From Eledone cirrhosa (Eukaryota), in contig OZ024740.1 of the NCBI GenBank assembly GCA_964016885.1, forward strand, positions 323,020,001 to 323,084,000: DNA of 64,000 nt, given 5' to 3'. This document shows positions 28,466-42,777 of the stretch, piece by piece. Position numbers and translations under genes: made by a program. Each line of letters begins with the position of its first letter. Position 1 is the first letter of the stretch. The notes below the pieces were generated by a model that did no database searches, was not told where the DNA came from, and saw only the letters and a list, made by a program, of their open reading frames with translations.

Positions 28466-28524
28466 TTTCCTGAAGATACCAGAACAATCGAGAAACACGT
28501 GACGCCTATATCACGTGTCAGAAA
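28466..28524 (+). ncRNA. Degenerate type I hammerhead ribozyme
   Basis: TTTC-CTGAAGA-TACCAGAACAATCGA-GAA-ACACGTGA-CGCCTATA-TCACGTGT-C-AGAAA. The core is intact, stem III is a perfect 8 bp and the cleavage triplet is GUC. Stems I and II are decayed. Confidence 0.6.
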
Positions 28525-29500
28525 AGTGAAAGAAAATGTTTTTTCTGTAATTTAAATATCCACTTCAACAAGAAACAACAATCGCAGCTATATGGCAGCT
28601 AAATATATATATATATACAGTATATATATATATATTTCTACAGCATTTCTTCGTCTTGTGATTTTGTTAAAGTTGCTTCGGGGTCTGTTTACTGATGTTC
28701 TTCCTTGTGTTGTTCTTGTAGTTGTAGTTTTAAATAAACTAATCTTATTATACCCTTTCTTCCGTTGTGGTTTTGTTTCCTTTAATCGGTGATATAAAAT
28801 TTACACAGTATTTCATTTATCTAAAACTATTTCATATTTTCATTCGCTCTCAGATAATGACTGTCAATAAATTTTGTCAATTATATATAGTCATAAGATC
28901 TATCAAAGCAATGTCTACACTTTCTTCGATTTGAGAATTTATACGTTATGAGGACTAGACTTGTTCAAACACACAGTCAAGATTGCCTATGTAATCTGTA
29001 TATTTTACATATGTATGTAACTGCCATAAAGCTGTCAAATTTGGCCTCGTCCTTAGAATGTTGAATATTTGTTCCGCGTTCTGCATTCTGAGTTTAAATC
29101 CTACCGAAGTCCCCTTTGCTTTTTATACTTTCCGAGTCGATAAAGAATGTAGCAGCACAGTGCTGGTGCCCCCCCCCCCTAATCTCTTTCCAGCTGCCAG
29201 ATCCTGGGTGTTACACAGGATCAAAGGAAGAGTAGAGGGGAGGTGTATGTTAGCTTGCAACTGCATAGGAACATAAAACCTTTAGGGAAAACATCATGCA
29301 TACTACTAAGTCATACTCGATTGCAAGTGAAGGCTGAGGTCTTTGCTATCTCTCTCTGTATATATATATATATATACGTATGTATATTCAAATATATATA
29401 GACAGAAAGGACCATATATCTCATGAGAACACACAGTATTTTGCATACATACAAATTACTTATAACAAGGAAGAATGTGTACTTTAGATGGAAAAATTTC

Positions 29501-29584
<84 letters not shown>

Positions 29585-30151
29585 GTGTGTGTGTACGTGA
29601 GCATGTCACCATGCGGAGATTTGCCCCTACACATCATTAGTATTTGTGATTGGAGTTGAACGCAACACTACAAAAGTAATGCGATATTCGGAACATACAT
29701 AAATGTATATTGGTGTGTAAATGGCACAAGCATGGCTGTATGGTTAAGGCGTCTGCTTTGCTAGTGTATGGGTTTAGGTTCAATCCCACTGCAAAGAACC
29801 TTAAGGAAGTGTATTCTACCAGAATCTTATGTCAACCAAAGCCTCGACAGGAAGTGTAAAATGACCGGTCTAACAAAGCCTTTGAAATAAAAGATACAAA
29901 TAAAGAGAATGACAGCACATGCACAAACATATACACATACACACACAAACACACACTGCACGCGTCGTGTGTTAAATCTAAAAGAATCACATCGTGGGAC
30001 AGTTATTCTAACCATTGTTGTATATGTTTAGCCTGTGATGTGATCTGAGATTGTGTGTTGTATCTAAAGCAATTATAACGTAGGAAAGTGATTTTAGTCA
30101 TTCAAACACACACAAACACTGTTAAATACGTTTTATATTTATTATTTATTA

Positions 30152-30315
30152 GGGTCGGACGCCATGCTTTCCAGCATAGTTAAGGCCCTTTACGATCTGA
30201 GTTCAAATCCTGCCGAGGTTGACTTTGCCTTTCATCCTTACGGGGTCGATAAAATAAAGTACTAGTAATGCACTGGGTAATTGCTGGCCTTGTGCCTAAA
30301 GTAGAAACAATTATT
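30152..30315 (+). mobile_element. SINE family A, 5'-truncated
   Basis: Same body and tail. TSD ATTATTTATTA at 30141-30151 and 30310-30320. Confidence 0.9.
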
Positions 30316-30470
30316 TATTATTTTCGTATTACAACTTCCATTGAATTGTCGGCCATGAATGTAAAGTTAAAAGATTTTCTGTGGCTTAAATGCTTCATCC
30401 TTGCTGTACACACACACACATATATATATATATATGTATCTATGTAAATATATTTATATATGTATATATA

Positions 30471-30543
30471 ACAGTGTCCCCCAAAATGTATACACATATT
30501 TATTAGAATACTGTTGAAGTGTGTTTACATTTTTTGGGACAAC

Positions 30544-30546
<3 letters not shown>
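30471..30546. mobile_element. Second, shorter copy of the same mini-MITE
   Basis: TGTCCCCCAAAATGTATACACA-TATTTATTAGAAT.CTGTTGAA-GTGTGTTTACATTTTTTGGGACA, within (TA)n. Confidence 0.78.
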
Positions 30547-30588
<42 letters not shown>

Positions 30589-31046
30589 AGTGTGTCTATA
30601 TACTTCTGTGTGTGTGTGTGTGTGCATTACATAAATACTTGTGATTGGTGGTTTAGGAATGGATTGGTGACATGTATATACATAACTTCATGATTTGTGT
30701 GTAAATTTCCGATTGATGATATATAAAAAGGATTGATGATATATATACAACTTTATACGTCGGATACATAGACGGACTCTCATATATAACTCAACTTTAT
30801 GTATGCATTTTATGTCTAAATGTAATAGTAATAGATACAAATATTTTATATTTCACTGTTGCCTGTTGATTCCAAGTATTTTTATATGTAACTTGTAAGA
30901 TTTATTTATAATTCTCTATTCTTGTTGTTTATATAAAATTTATATAAAATTTATAATTTATTTTTCTACTCGGCTTTTGCATGAAAGAGACTGATGTCAC
31001 TTTTGTTCTTATACTGACCCCAGTAGTTACATACACACACACGCAA

Positions 31047-31117
<71 letters not shown>

Positions 31118-31192
31118 TACACACACGCACACACACAAACACACACATGCATACACATTTAGAGATACACACATACACAAACACGCACACAC

Positions 31193-31253
<61 letters not shown>

Positions 31254-31343
31254 CATATTTATATATACATCAGAAACCATTATATGTATATATATATATA
31301 TATATATAGACATACATATACATCATACACATACATACAGACA

Positions 31344-31381
<38 letters not shown>

Positions 31382-31429
31382 CATATATATATATATATAT
31401 ACATATAATAGTTTCTGATGTATATATAA

Positions 31430-31479
<50 letters not shown>

Positions 31480-31750
31480 GCACACACACATATATATATA
31501 TAGAGAGATATCTACATATACATAAATCTGTATATATATATATATCGTATATAAAACAAATGCCATTCATGCACAACAACAATACATTCTTCTAATCTGG
31601 CTCCACTTCAGTGAATTGCAAATGTCACACATCAGCGTCCATCCAGCGGCACACTGTGGCATTATAGTCGTACTCAGTGGTTTGTTTATTACAGTTCCTT
31701 TGTTCACGCCTATAATAACACATTTGTTTATGCCGTAGTCTATATATATA

Positions 31751-31818
<68 letters not shown>

Positions 31819-31896
31819 TAGATAGATAGATATATGTATATACACACTATATAAGTATATATATATACACTATACAAGTATATATACGTTATATAA

Positions 31897-31959
<63 letters not shown>

Positions 31960-32266
31960 TATATATAAATATATCCTCTTTTATCATCCATAGATGTATA
32001 CTTACATGTTAACCTACATAAATATAAATTGAGAAAGACAGAAATTGATGTCTTATATAAGCAATTATATGATGTACATTTTTGTTGCATTTACACATAT
32101 ATATATATATATATACGTAGATACACTCTCGGCCACACGTATATATATCAATGGTTATGTGAGTATATATAAATTAGTGTGTATGTGTTGAATGTAAATA
32201 CGATGATATTTTTAGATAATTTGTTATGCATCAACATGGCTTTAGAAGTGCATATATGTGTGTGTT

Positions 32267-32394
<128 letters not shown>

Positions 32395-33396
32395 TATATA
32401 TATATATATATATACACATATATATAATATATATATTTATATACATATATTTCACGCATACATATATACATATATATGCGTGTTTGTGTGTGTGTCTTTG
32501 TGTTTGTGTGTGTGTCTATGTGTGTTTGTTTGTGCGTGTGTGTACATACATATTTTGTTACATTGTATTGCATTTTACATCTAAAGTAAGTTATCAAATT
32601 GGAGAGCAAAGGGCTTCTTTGTAAAAGCTATCGCAACAACAATGGCCAATATTAAACACTTTTGATCAGCTCCTGTTTTAAAGTTATTCAAACAAACAGT
32701 AATAATTTACAACTGTGACAAATTCGATTTCACAAGCTGTGAACATCCTTTCTTTCATTTGTTATATTCTGAATAGAATATCGTTTTGTCGTTGACTTTT
32801 TGATTAAATTTCCTCACTCCTATTTCAATAACCAATAACAACCGTGTGTGTAGTATTTTCTCGCTGTTGTTGCTACTGCACTTGCTTTTCATCATCGCCA
32901 TTTTCTTTATTGTTGTTCTCGTCCTTAAAATAGTAAGTGTTGTTCTTGCAGCTATTATTGTTATTGTTGTAAATATTGTTAGTATTGTTATTATTGTTAG
33001 TATTGATAGTGTTATTAGTATTGTTATTGTTTTTTTCTTTTTACTTTATTGTAAACGTATTCCGCCGTTATTGCTATGTGTTGCACTGGTTGTTAGTATG
33101 TTATATATGTTGTTATAAATGTCTCTTTCTGACTGCCTAACTTGGTGTTATCATTATTGCTTTATTTGTTGTTATATATATTATTTAAATGTCTTTCCTC
33201 TGCCTGTCTATCTTGCCATGTCAGATAATGTTTGCGACTAGACCATAAAACCAGAACAATTACTCCACAATGGAATTCGTGATACGACGAAAGCTTTCAT
33301 GCCATGTTGAGTCAACTAGTCACGTATTACAGTGGGCAAATCAACTGCGTACATTCATCATCATCATCATTATCATCATCATTATCATCATCATTG

Positions 33397-33441
<45 letters not shown>

Positions 33442-33612
33442 TTTTTGTTATTACTTAAAATCATTTACTATTATTTAATCTGCAGTCAGGTATTATCACT
33501 TGTTAAACACACTGTAAAATGAACACAAAATGAAAGAGAGAGAGAGAGAGGGAGAGAGTTAGAGAGAGAGAGAGGGGGGAGAGAAAGAGAGAGAGGGGTC
33601 AGAGAGAGAGAT

Positions 33613-33695
<83 letters not shown>

Positions 33696-33801
33696 GATAG
33701 AGAGAGAGGGGACAGAGAGAGTGACAGAGAGACAGAGAGAAATACAGAGATTGATTGAGAGAGAGCGAAAGAGAGAAATAGAGAGAGGGTGACAGAAACA
33801 G

Positions 33802-33878
<77 letters not shown>

Positions 33879-34026
33879 GAGAGAGAGAGAGAAGAGACAA
33901 ATTTATGTGCTTTGAAAGAAATGAATTTATCAATTGTTTTATGTTTGATATAAGGAATAAACGCAAATCCTCTTGTCCTTCACCCTCAATGTACCGTGTC
34001 GAACCGGAAAGGCTGGTTCCACTTCA

Positions 34027-34075
<49 letters not shown>

Positions 34076-34076
<1 letters not shown>

Positions 34077-37000
34077 AGTTGCATTTATCTTGCTTTATGT
34101 TCATACGAGTTATCACCGAGTCACAACCAGTGACCTCAAGAGACAACAAGGTCCGCCATGTTCAAGAAAGAACATACATACTCACACATGCATCTTTAGT
34201 GTTTAGACTTGTGATGTACTTATATTGACAGAATCTTCCTTAGTATATGGGCAGTTCCCATTAGTACTATCTTTTGTATTTCTCCTATACGCGGGTTTCC
34301 TGGGATTTGCGATAAGTAATCATTAGACCCCTTAGGTATCATTCCCAGAGCGCCTACAACCACTGGTATTGTTTTAGTTCTCAATTTCCACATTTTTCCA
34401 ATTTCTATCTCCAGGTCCTTATACTTGCTCAATTTTTCAAATGTTTTTATAGATACATTCTTGTCTATTGGAACAGACATATCAATTAGCAGGCATACCC
34501 TCTTTTTAAAGTCCTTCAATATTATATCAGGTCTATTTGTATCTATTTTTCGGTCTGTTTGGATGCTAAAGTTCCACAAGATTGAGATGTGATCTTTTTC
34601 AAGTATGGGAGGTGGTTGATGCTCCCACCAATTCTTTTGATGGGGCAGGTCAAAATGCTTACACATTATCCAATGTATGTATTGTGCAGCTCTGTCATGC
34701 CTGTTTAGGTATTCGGTTGGAGCTATAGGACTGCACATTGAAATTATATGGTCTCTGGTTGTTTTTTGCATACACGGCATAATGGGCTGCTTCCATTTTT
34801 TATTATGTTGGCTTGGTAATTTTTTGTTGGCAGACACTCATCTTGTGCTGATATAATCAGTCCTTCAGTCTCCGATTTCAGTCCAGAGGATGCCAACTAC
34901 TGATGGGTTAAAGTTTTGTCAACATCAGGATTGTTAGCTCGCTCTGGGTATTTTCCATACAGAGGCTTTTCTTGCCATTTCTTAGCCAATTTCTGTAGCA
35001 GTTCTTTCTTTGCAGTTACTTTTACCTGCTTTGCTTTTTCTGTGTTTTCCATTTCAGCAGTAAATGGGACTTCTGAAATTTGTAGTCCATTACTGTATCT
35101 TTGTGCATCTTTTGTAATGGAATATGATCTTTTGATGCTTTCGTGTTTCAAAACGAGTTTGATCATCCAATCATGTGATTCCCTTAGATATGTAGATAAT
35201 CCAATTGTTGCAGTTTTCAACGCAATGTCTAACTGGATTAACCCACGTCCTCCTTCTTTCCTAAGGAGATATATTCTATCTATATCTGCCTTAGGGTGAT
35301 GCATTCTGTGCATGGTTAAGAATTTTCGAATTTTTGTATCGAGCCTACGGATCTCTGTGATGACCAGTTGATGACATTGTAACTGTAGGTTACTACTGGT
35401 ATGGCAAGCGTGTTTATGGCATCGATCCTATTCCTTGCATTCAATTCCGTTCTTAAGATTGCTCTTACTCTGCGGTAACATTCCTTCCTTATCCTTTCCC
35501 TCATTGTCGAGTGCTTGATTCCGTCTCCTTCACAAACACCTAGATATTTGTAAGTTTTTTCTTGATCAAGTTCTCTTATCACGTTCCCCCTATCAAGATT
35601 AATGTCTGAACTCTTCAGCAGCTTTCCTCTGTTGAACGTTGCTTTGGCGCATTTATCTAGTCCAAACTCCATTTTAATGTCATCACTGAACTGCTCCACA
35701 GTGGATAATAGCCCTTGCAATTGTTCATCATTTTTTGCAAATAGTTTCAGGTCATCCATGTAGAACAGGTGATTAATGGTTTTGTCATAGACTTTATATC
35801 CATGTTTTGTTTCATTGAGCATTTTACTTAATGGTATAAGTGCGATGCAGAATAAAAGCGGCGATAAAGAGTCACCCTGAAAAATTCCACAATTAATATT
35901 AACTTCTCCAGCTTCCAGTGATTTTGTTTCACTATTCAAACGGAGTGTCGTTTTCCATGTCTTCATACTGAATGACAAAAACCTCCTGACAACGGGGGAT
36001 ATTTTGAAAATCTCTAAACATTTTTCAATCCAACTGTGTGGCAAGCTATCGAATGCTTTTTTATAATCTATCCAAGCAATCGATAGATTTTTGTGTCTAT
36101 TATGACAATCTTCCAGTATCATTTTGTTAACCAGAAGCTGATCCTTACAGCCATATGAGCCTCGTTTACACCCTTTCTGCTCAATGGGAAATAGGTCATT
36201 TGTTATCAGGTGGTCATATGTGTATTCAGTTAGGACTGATGTTAAAATTTTATACATTGTGGTCAAGCAAGTTATCGGTCTGTAATTTTTGCGATTGTTT
36301 GTCTCATCATTCTTCGGAAGCAGGAATGTAATGCCGTTAACTAGCCATGATGGTATCTTTTCTGGCTCCTTAACTATTTCATTGTAAAGTTGGGCTAACA
36401 GCTCATGAGACTCTGTGAAGGCATTTATCCAAAAGTTTTGTATTTTGTCTTTTCCTGGGGATTTCCATTTGCTGTTTTTTCTTAGAGCCAAGCGCAACTG
36501 TTCAACTGTTATATTTTCCCATATTTGTTCCTCAAGGTGAGCTGTATCTTTCATTTGTCTGTCTATCCATGGGGCATGTATGTTATGACCTTTTTCTTCG
36601 GCCCAGATCTTTTCCCAGAATTCTTGCACTTCCTCCTTGGGTGGTATTGATTTAGCAGTTATTGTTGACTTACCAATTTTTCTGTAGAAGTTTCTTTGGT
36701 TGTTTTTGAACATATTATTGTCCTTATAGAATCTAGATCGTTTTTCAAAGCGCCTTATACGAACAGCTTTGGCTGACACTTTTTGCTTGATTATTTCTAT
36801 CAGCATGTCTATGTCACATGTTAATTTTATACTGTACTTTTTTTTCAATTTTCTAAGTTTAGTTTGTTTAACATGTTCACCTACTTTATAGTTTGTTAAA
36901 ATTTCTATGTCAGATCGGAGAAGGTTTATTTGGCGATTGATGTTCTCTTGCCAAGTAGATTTCTTGTGGGAATTCCTTTGTTTTTTCATCTTCACTCCAC

Positions 37001-37960
37001 ATAAGTGAGTGGTGACTTTAGCCGATGCATAATAGAGATGATTTAAATCAGTAATGTTTAGTTTGTTTGTGATGATAATGTTTTTGAGAATTATGTTAGT
37101 CTTGTGTATTATCTTTTGGTTCTGTTTGGAGTTCTGGATCTTAGGGAGGGTGTCTCGTTGCGCCATGTCAGATTCTTTCATTTTCATCCATTCGATCATA
37201 ATTTCATCCTTCAAGTTGGCAAGTTCATTCTCATTCATTTCTTTATCATTTACGATCTCATTATTTTCATTTGGAGTTTCATCTTGAGCATGCACTCCCT
37301 CCACTTTTTCGATCCTTTCTTTAATTTGTTCTGTTGCCAGTGATTCCGCCCCAACCCTGGGATTCGAAGTGTTACAATTTACCTCGTTTTCACTGACACA
37401 TGTTTCATTTTTCCCTTCGCTGACTTTGTGCTAATAGCTTGATCAGATCAATTTCTATATCAGTTAGTAACTTTTTTCTTACAATATTTCTTCGTATATT
37501 GGCTAGTTTGTTACTGTCAATATAGCCTCTGTTTTCGGGATGTTTCTTTTTCCAGTTGATATATGTCTGTTCTGTATTCGCTGTATTTGATGGGTAGTAC
37601 ATGGCAGTGTAGAAAGCCTCAAGGACTTCTTTATTATCTTCCCTTGACCATTTCTCTATCTTTTTCTTTGGATTTCTTGGTGGTGAGCATGGAGGGCCAA
37701 CAGTAGGAGTATTCCGGTTATGGGAGGTCTCCAGCTCCGAAGTGATGGGAAGGTTTGAACCATTAGCTGATTTTTCGACCCCAGTCTGGTTCCTCTCTGA
37801 GGGACGCGGCCCTTTTTTACCCGGGTGACGGCCGATCCGGTATGAGATTTTATCATTAGACATTTACTATATTTTGTCGCGTTTTATCCTTATCCGCCAA
37901 GGGGTAATCATTTCGTGTTACCACTTCTAGAACGAGTGTCAACCAAGACCATTATTCAAC
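34076..37960 (-). mobile_element. R4/Dong-clade RLE non-LTR retrotransposon (element A), full length, decayed
   Basis: Single long RT-zinc finger-RLE reading frame broken into four pieces. Flanked on both sides by (TAA)n on the element strand (34027-34075 and 37961-38003), the known target of Dong elements. Confidence 0.92.
34220..37863 (-). pseudogene. Dong/R4 ORF (RT plus restriction-like endonuclease), frameshifted
   Basis: KWSREDNKEVLEAFY N-terminal motif, WKSPGKDKI, YRPITCL, WIDYKKAFDS, GIFQGDSLSP, LFYMDDLKLF, RHD, RPDIILKD..LIDMSVP and EKLSKYKDL. Confidence 0.92.
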
Positions 37961-38003
37961 TATTATTATTATCATTATTATTATTATTATTGTTATTGTT
38001 ATT

Positions 38004-41000
38004 CCTTGAATCTCAGTCATTGATGTTGGTTAACTGGAAAGTCCGTTGGATTGAATATCAAGCCACTACCTGCAGCCTCAGATATTCAGGACGTATCGGA
38101 GGGTTCTTGCTGTTCCAAGCAAGCATGCCTTTTGAAGCGTTCCAAAAAGCGTGAAGGGGCCGATTTTCTTTAACCATCCCTGGAAACCTTTGGAGATAGT
38201 CCCCAGTGCGCCTATGACAATCGGGATCACTTTGACTTCATGGCAGTTCCAAATCCTTTTCACCTCCCACTTTAGGTCCTGGTTAATTTTCTCCCTCTCC
38301 TTCTCTTGCACTCTCGTGTCGAACGGGCAGGCCACATCCACAATCAGGCACGATCTTTTTTCTTTGTCCACAACCACCAGGTCAGGTCTATTGTGCTCCA
38401 GTTTTTTGTCCGTCTGTATCCTAAAATCCCACAGCACCTTCACCTGACTGTTCTCCATCACCGCCTCTGGCCTATGCTCATACCATTTCTCAGAATGTGG
38501 TAGATTGTTTACTTTGCACAGGTGCCAGTGGATCACCCTGCCCATCACATCGTGTCTCCAGCCCTTATAGTGGGTCTGGGCTAGGTGTTTACACTCGGAC
38601 ACAATGTGAGCCACAGTCTACTCTCTCTCTCCACAGATCCTGCACAGTGGGCTAGCCTCCTCCTTGTAGATATGGTGCTTCAACCACTTCGTTTTGAGGG
38701 CCTGCTCCTGCGCAGCCATTAGCATTCCTTCTGTAGCCTTTTTGAGGTCTCCTCTTCTCAACCAGTTCCATGTCTGTGGATCTCTAAATTCAGTTTTCTC
38801 AAAGAAGGTACTATGAAGGGATTTTCCCTTAAGGCTGCTCTTCCTCCTTGATGTTATTTCCTCCTTGGATATCCCCTGGCCTACTGTCCCCTCCTTCAGT
38901 ACAGCTCTGAGCATTGGCTCCTTACTATAGGTCACGTATTTGTATAGGTTGTTTTTCTCCATCTGAACACAGTCCTCTATGCTGATAAGACCTCTTCCAC
39001 CCTCAGATCTCCTTAGGTAGAGTCTATCGACATCACTCCTCTTGTGGAACATGTTGTAGATAGTCAATAGCTTCCTAGTCTTCCTATCCATTTCTTTTTG
39101 TTCAGCAACATTCCATCTCAGAATTCCCGCACTGTACCTAATAATAGACACAGCTCGGGAATTTACTGCGCTTATGGCATTTCTGCTGTTCAGATGTGAC
39201 TTCAATACGCTCCTTACTCTCCGAATGTATTCAGTTCTTAACAATTCCTTCATTTTTTTGTTCTTTATGCCATCAGCCTCCAGAACGCCCAAATACTTGT
39301 ATCCTTCCTCAGAGTCAATTTCCTTTATCATCTCACCTGTTGGTATCTGGATCCCGTTACTTCTGCTCAACCTACCCCTCTTCATCACAATGACTCCACA
39401 TTTACCAATACCAAACTGCATACATATATCACTGCTGAAAATACGGACAGTGTCAACAAGCACATCCAACTCCTTCTCACTTTTCCCGAAGAGCTTAAGA
39501 TCGTCCATGAAGAGGAGGTGATTGATGGTAAGCTCTCCCCTTCCCAACTTGTATCCTGCTCTCACTTTTCGCAGCATAATGGTCAAGGGCATCAGGGTAA
39601 GGACAAACAACAGAGGGGACAGGCTATCTCCCTGGAAGATACCTCTCTTGATCTTCACGCTTCCCAAGGATACTCCAGTTGATGTCAACTCTGTCTCCCA
39701 GGACCCCATACTCCTGTCCAGCAACTGTCTGATGTTATCTGCCACCCTGAAGATCTCCAGGCTTTTGGTGATCCAGGAATGAGGCACCATGTCAAATGCC
39801 TTTCTGTAGTCTATCCATCCCATGGCAAGATCAGTGTGTCTCCTCCTGCAATTCCCCATTACCATCTTATCAATAAGCAACTGGTCCTTTGTACCACGTG
39901 ACTTCTTTCGGCATCCTTTCTGTTCGTCCGGTAACAAGTTGTTTGTGTGGAGGTGATGGTAGATTTCCTCAGACACAATGCTCGTCAACAGTTTCCACAT
40001 TACGGGCAGACATGTGATAGGTCTATAGTTGGTAACATCATTACCCTTGATTCGGTCTTTCATTATCAGAACTGTGGTACCTTTTGTCAACCACTCTGGC
40101 ACCTCACCCGACACCAAGCAGTCATTGAACATGGCCGTCAGCTTCGGGTGGAGGGATGTTAAATGTTTAATCCAATACCCCTGCACACCATCTGGGCCTG
40201 GTGATTTCCAGTTGGTTAGTTTTTTGGCTTGCCCCTTAAGAGTTTCAACTGTGATACTCAAATCAGTCTGTTGTTGTGCCTGCTCACCGATCTCCCTCTG
40301 TACTGTCTCAATCCACCCTGCCTGGGCATTGTGTCTAACATCCTGCTCCCATATTCCTCTCCAGAATGTTTTAGCTTGTTCCGCCCCAGGGATCAAGTCG
40401 TTGCCTCTTTCTTTCCCCTCAAGCTGTCCAAACAGCATCTTCTGGTTGTTGTCGAACATGCGGTTCTGTTTATACTGACTGACTCTGTTCTCGTATCGCC
40501 TGATTTTGGCACTCTTTGCTACAATGCGTTGCTTCAATTCCTCTATGATAATATTTAGCTTTTTACTCCTAGTTTTGTATTTTATTTCCAGTCTATTTTT
40601 AGTGCCTATGTTTTTTAGTGTCCCATTCAGTAGTGACTCAAGCTTTCCTATGTCATTTCTCATTTCCCCGATTTGCCCACTCAGTCGCTTCTTCCACCAC
40701 GGCTCTGCTCTTTCTTGTCTGTTGTTTCCTCTCGCTTTTATACCAAGTAGTTTCCTCACCGTATTTGCTGTTGCTTTGAGGATATTGTTGCACTGGTGAA
40801 GATTCCTCGCCTCAAGGTATGGGATGACTTTGTTTACCTTAGCTGTTGTTTCTTTTAACTTTTTCCTGTCTACAAATCTTAGGTTCATAGGTCTCCCACT
40901 ATCATTGTTCAACTCATCTACCACTAAATTTAGGATGTCAACCGAATCTTGTCCTAGCCCGTCAGCATTCATCTCCTCAGTGGCCGTATCTCTGTTCCAG

Positions 41001-41580
41001 GTATTATTTATCTCAGTATTCAGATCATTGTCTGCTTCGGGTGGTTCCTCCGTTCTCAGGACCTCCTCACCTTCATTTCCCACCGGCTCGCTTGTCTGGC
41101 ATACTACACCCGCCATCTCCAAGCCATTCTCTCTGCTCAGTTCCTCCAGTTCCAGCTCGCTTATCCACCCATTAGTTCTTATTACCCGAGCCTGCCCGGC
41201 CAATTTTTGTTCATCTAATTTAAATAAACCAATCTCGTTCCAGATGTTATGCATCCGTCTCCTGTAGCCCCTCTCCTTGGGGTTACTTTTCAGGTAGCAT
41301 TGCATAACAGTTCTATTCAATTCTTTCGTCCAGTTGGTTCTGGCCCCTTTCCTTCTTCTTCTTCCTCCAACATCAGCAGTATTTGGTTGACAGTCAGGTT
41401 CCTGCTGCTGAGCCAGGGGGCACCTGTTGGGTGAGAGTCTGTCACATGACGTTCTAGTCTCCATTTCACCGTTATTCGAACTGTTTATGTTCGATATTTA
41501 AACACTCTTATCGAGGATTGGCGAATGTATGTTTACATAGCCATCTGTGGATCCGCCATCCCACTTGGCCCTTGTGTGGC
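38004..41580 (-). mobile_element. R4/Dong-clade RLE non-LTR retrotransposon (element B), near intact
   Basis: Its 3' (TAA)n tail directly abuts the 5' end of element A. The 5' boundary is approximate. Confidence 0.92.
38078..41464 (-). pseudogene. Dong/R4 ORF, about 1128 codons, with one in-frame TAG
   Basis: A 948-aa ORF (GIFQGDSLSP, LFMDDLKLF) ends CRICGERE* and continues in frame as TVAHIVSEC...RHD...RPDLVVVD..IVDVACP. Confidence 0.94.
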
Positions 41581-42523
41581 ATTATCACCACGCTGTATAC
41601 GAACACACATAAACAAACAAACACACGGGCAGAAAGGGCCCCAAAAATGAATAAGCATAAGTTTCATTGTAATGTAGCATTCGAATGTCTGACTTAGTTT
41701 TTGTTTTTTAAGTTTTACTTTTTCCCCCCTCTTCTCTGTCCGTCCGCTTGCTTCTCTCTTCATTCTTATTTTCTTTACGTTTTTGGGGTTTCTTTTTTTG
41801 TTTTTGTTTTTCTCTGTTTGTTTTTCTCGTTTTTTGCTGTTGTTGCTGTGCTGCTTTGGTTTTGTTGTTTGTTTTTTCTTTTGAGTCTATCTATATATTT
41901 TGATGCCTTCCTCTTTGTTAGTAGTAGGAATTCTATAATGTGGAAGTGGCAGCCAGCAGAGACTGGCGGCGTTGGCGATACTGAGACAGTGGTGGTGGTG
42001 ATGTCGATACCGAGGCAGTGGTGGCGGTGATGCGACCGTATTACTGTAGTGATGGTGCTGTAGCGGTGGCAGCAGCAGTGAAGGAGTCAAGGGGTGGTGG
42101 CGGCGGTGATGGGATAGTGGTGGTAATGATGGCCGTAGTGAGCGGTGGCGGTGAAGGTGAAAATGCTGTTGTGTTTAGTGTACACAGATGATGGGGTGGG
42201 TGGTGTATCTAGTTTCTGGTGTTGGTGAGTTTAGCTGTCCTATATAGTGTAGCCAGAGGAGAGGAGGGGGGGGGGGTTCTTCTTCTTCCATTTATAGCCA
42301 TTTTTTTTTTTTGATATACAGTGTACAATACAAAGTTGAATATTTGAATATTTGAGCCTTATAACAATATATTTTGGGTCCGAATTTTTTGGGGCTCAAG
42401 CCGGGTGCTTTACGTAGCATTTGTACTAAGAGTTGTTATTTCACAAATGATTTAAATATGTTAAAAATTCAAAACTTACGGGTGCGATTTCATGACCTCC
42501 GTCACCTCGTGCGTCTTCTTCCC

Positions 42524-42566
<43 letters not shown>

Positions 42567-42777
42567 GACGAAAGTGGATGTACGTTTTTTGAAGCTCCGT
42601 GAGTAAGCAATTTTTTGAGGATTAATTGTGGAGAATTGTTTATTTTTTGTACCGCTGAAGCATTATAAGACATTCATTTGTATCCTGTGAAGGAATAACT
42701 CATAATATTTGGGCCTTTTGGCCCAAATATTTGAACTTTATTTTGGAAAAATAATAATTTTTTTTTCTCAAAAAAAC

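Noticed and set aside
31690-31745. [15 protein letters not shown] on the minus strand, resembling the Dong RT FG..KC motif
   Set aside because: It is too short and has no flanking homology.
37755-37845. HDV-like ribozyme near the Dong A 5' end (GCTAA followed by a possible P2)
   Set aside because: P1 and P3 could not be formed by eye. A covariance search is needed.
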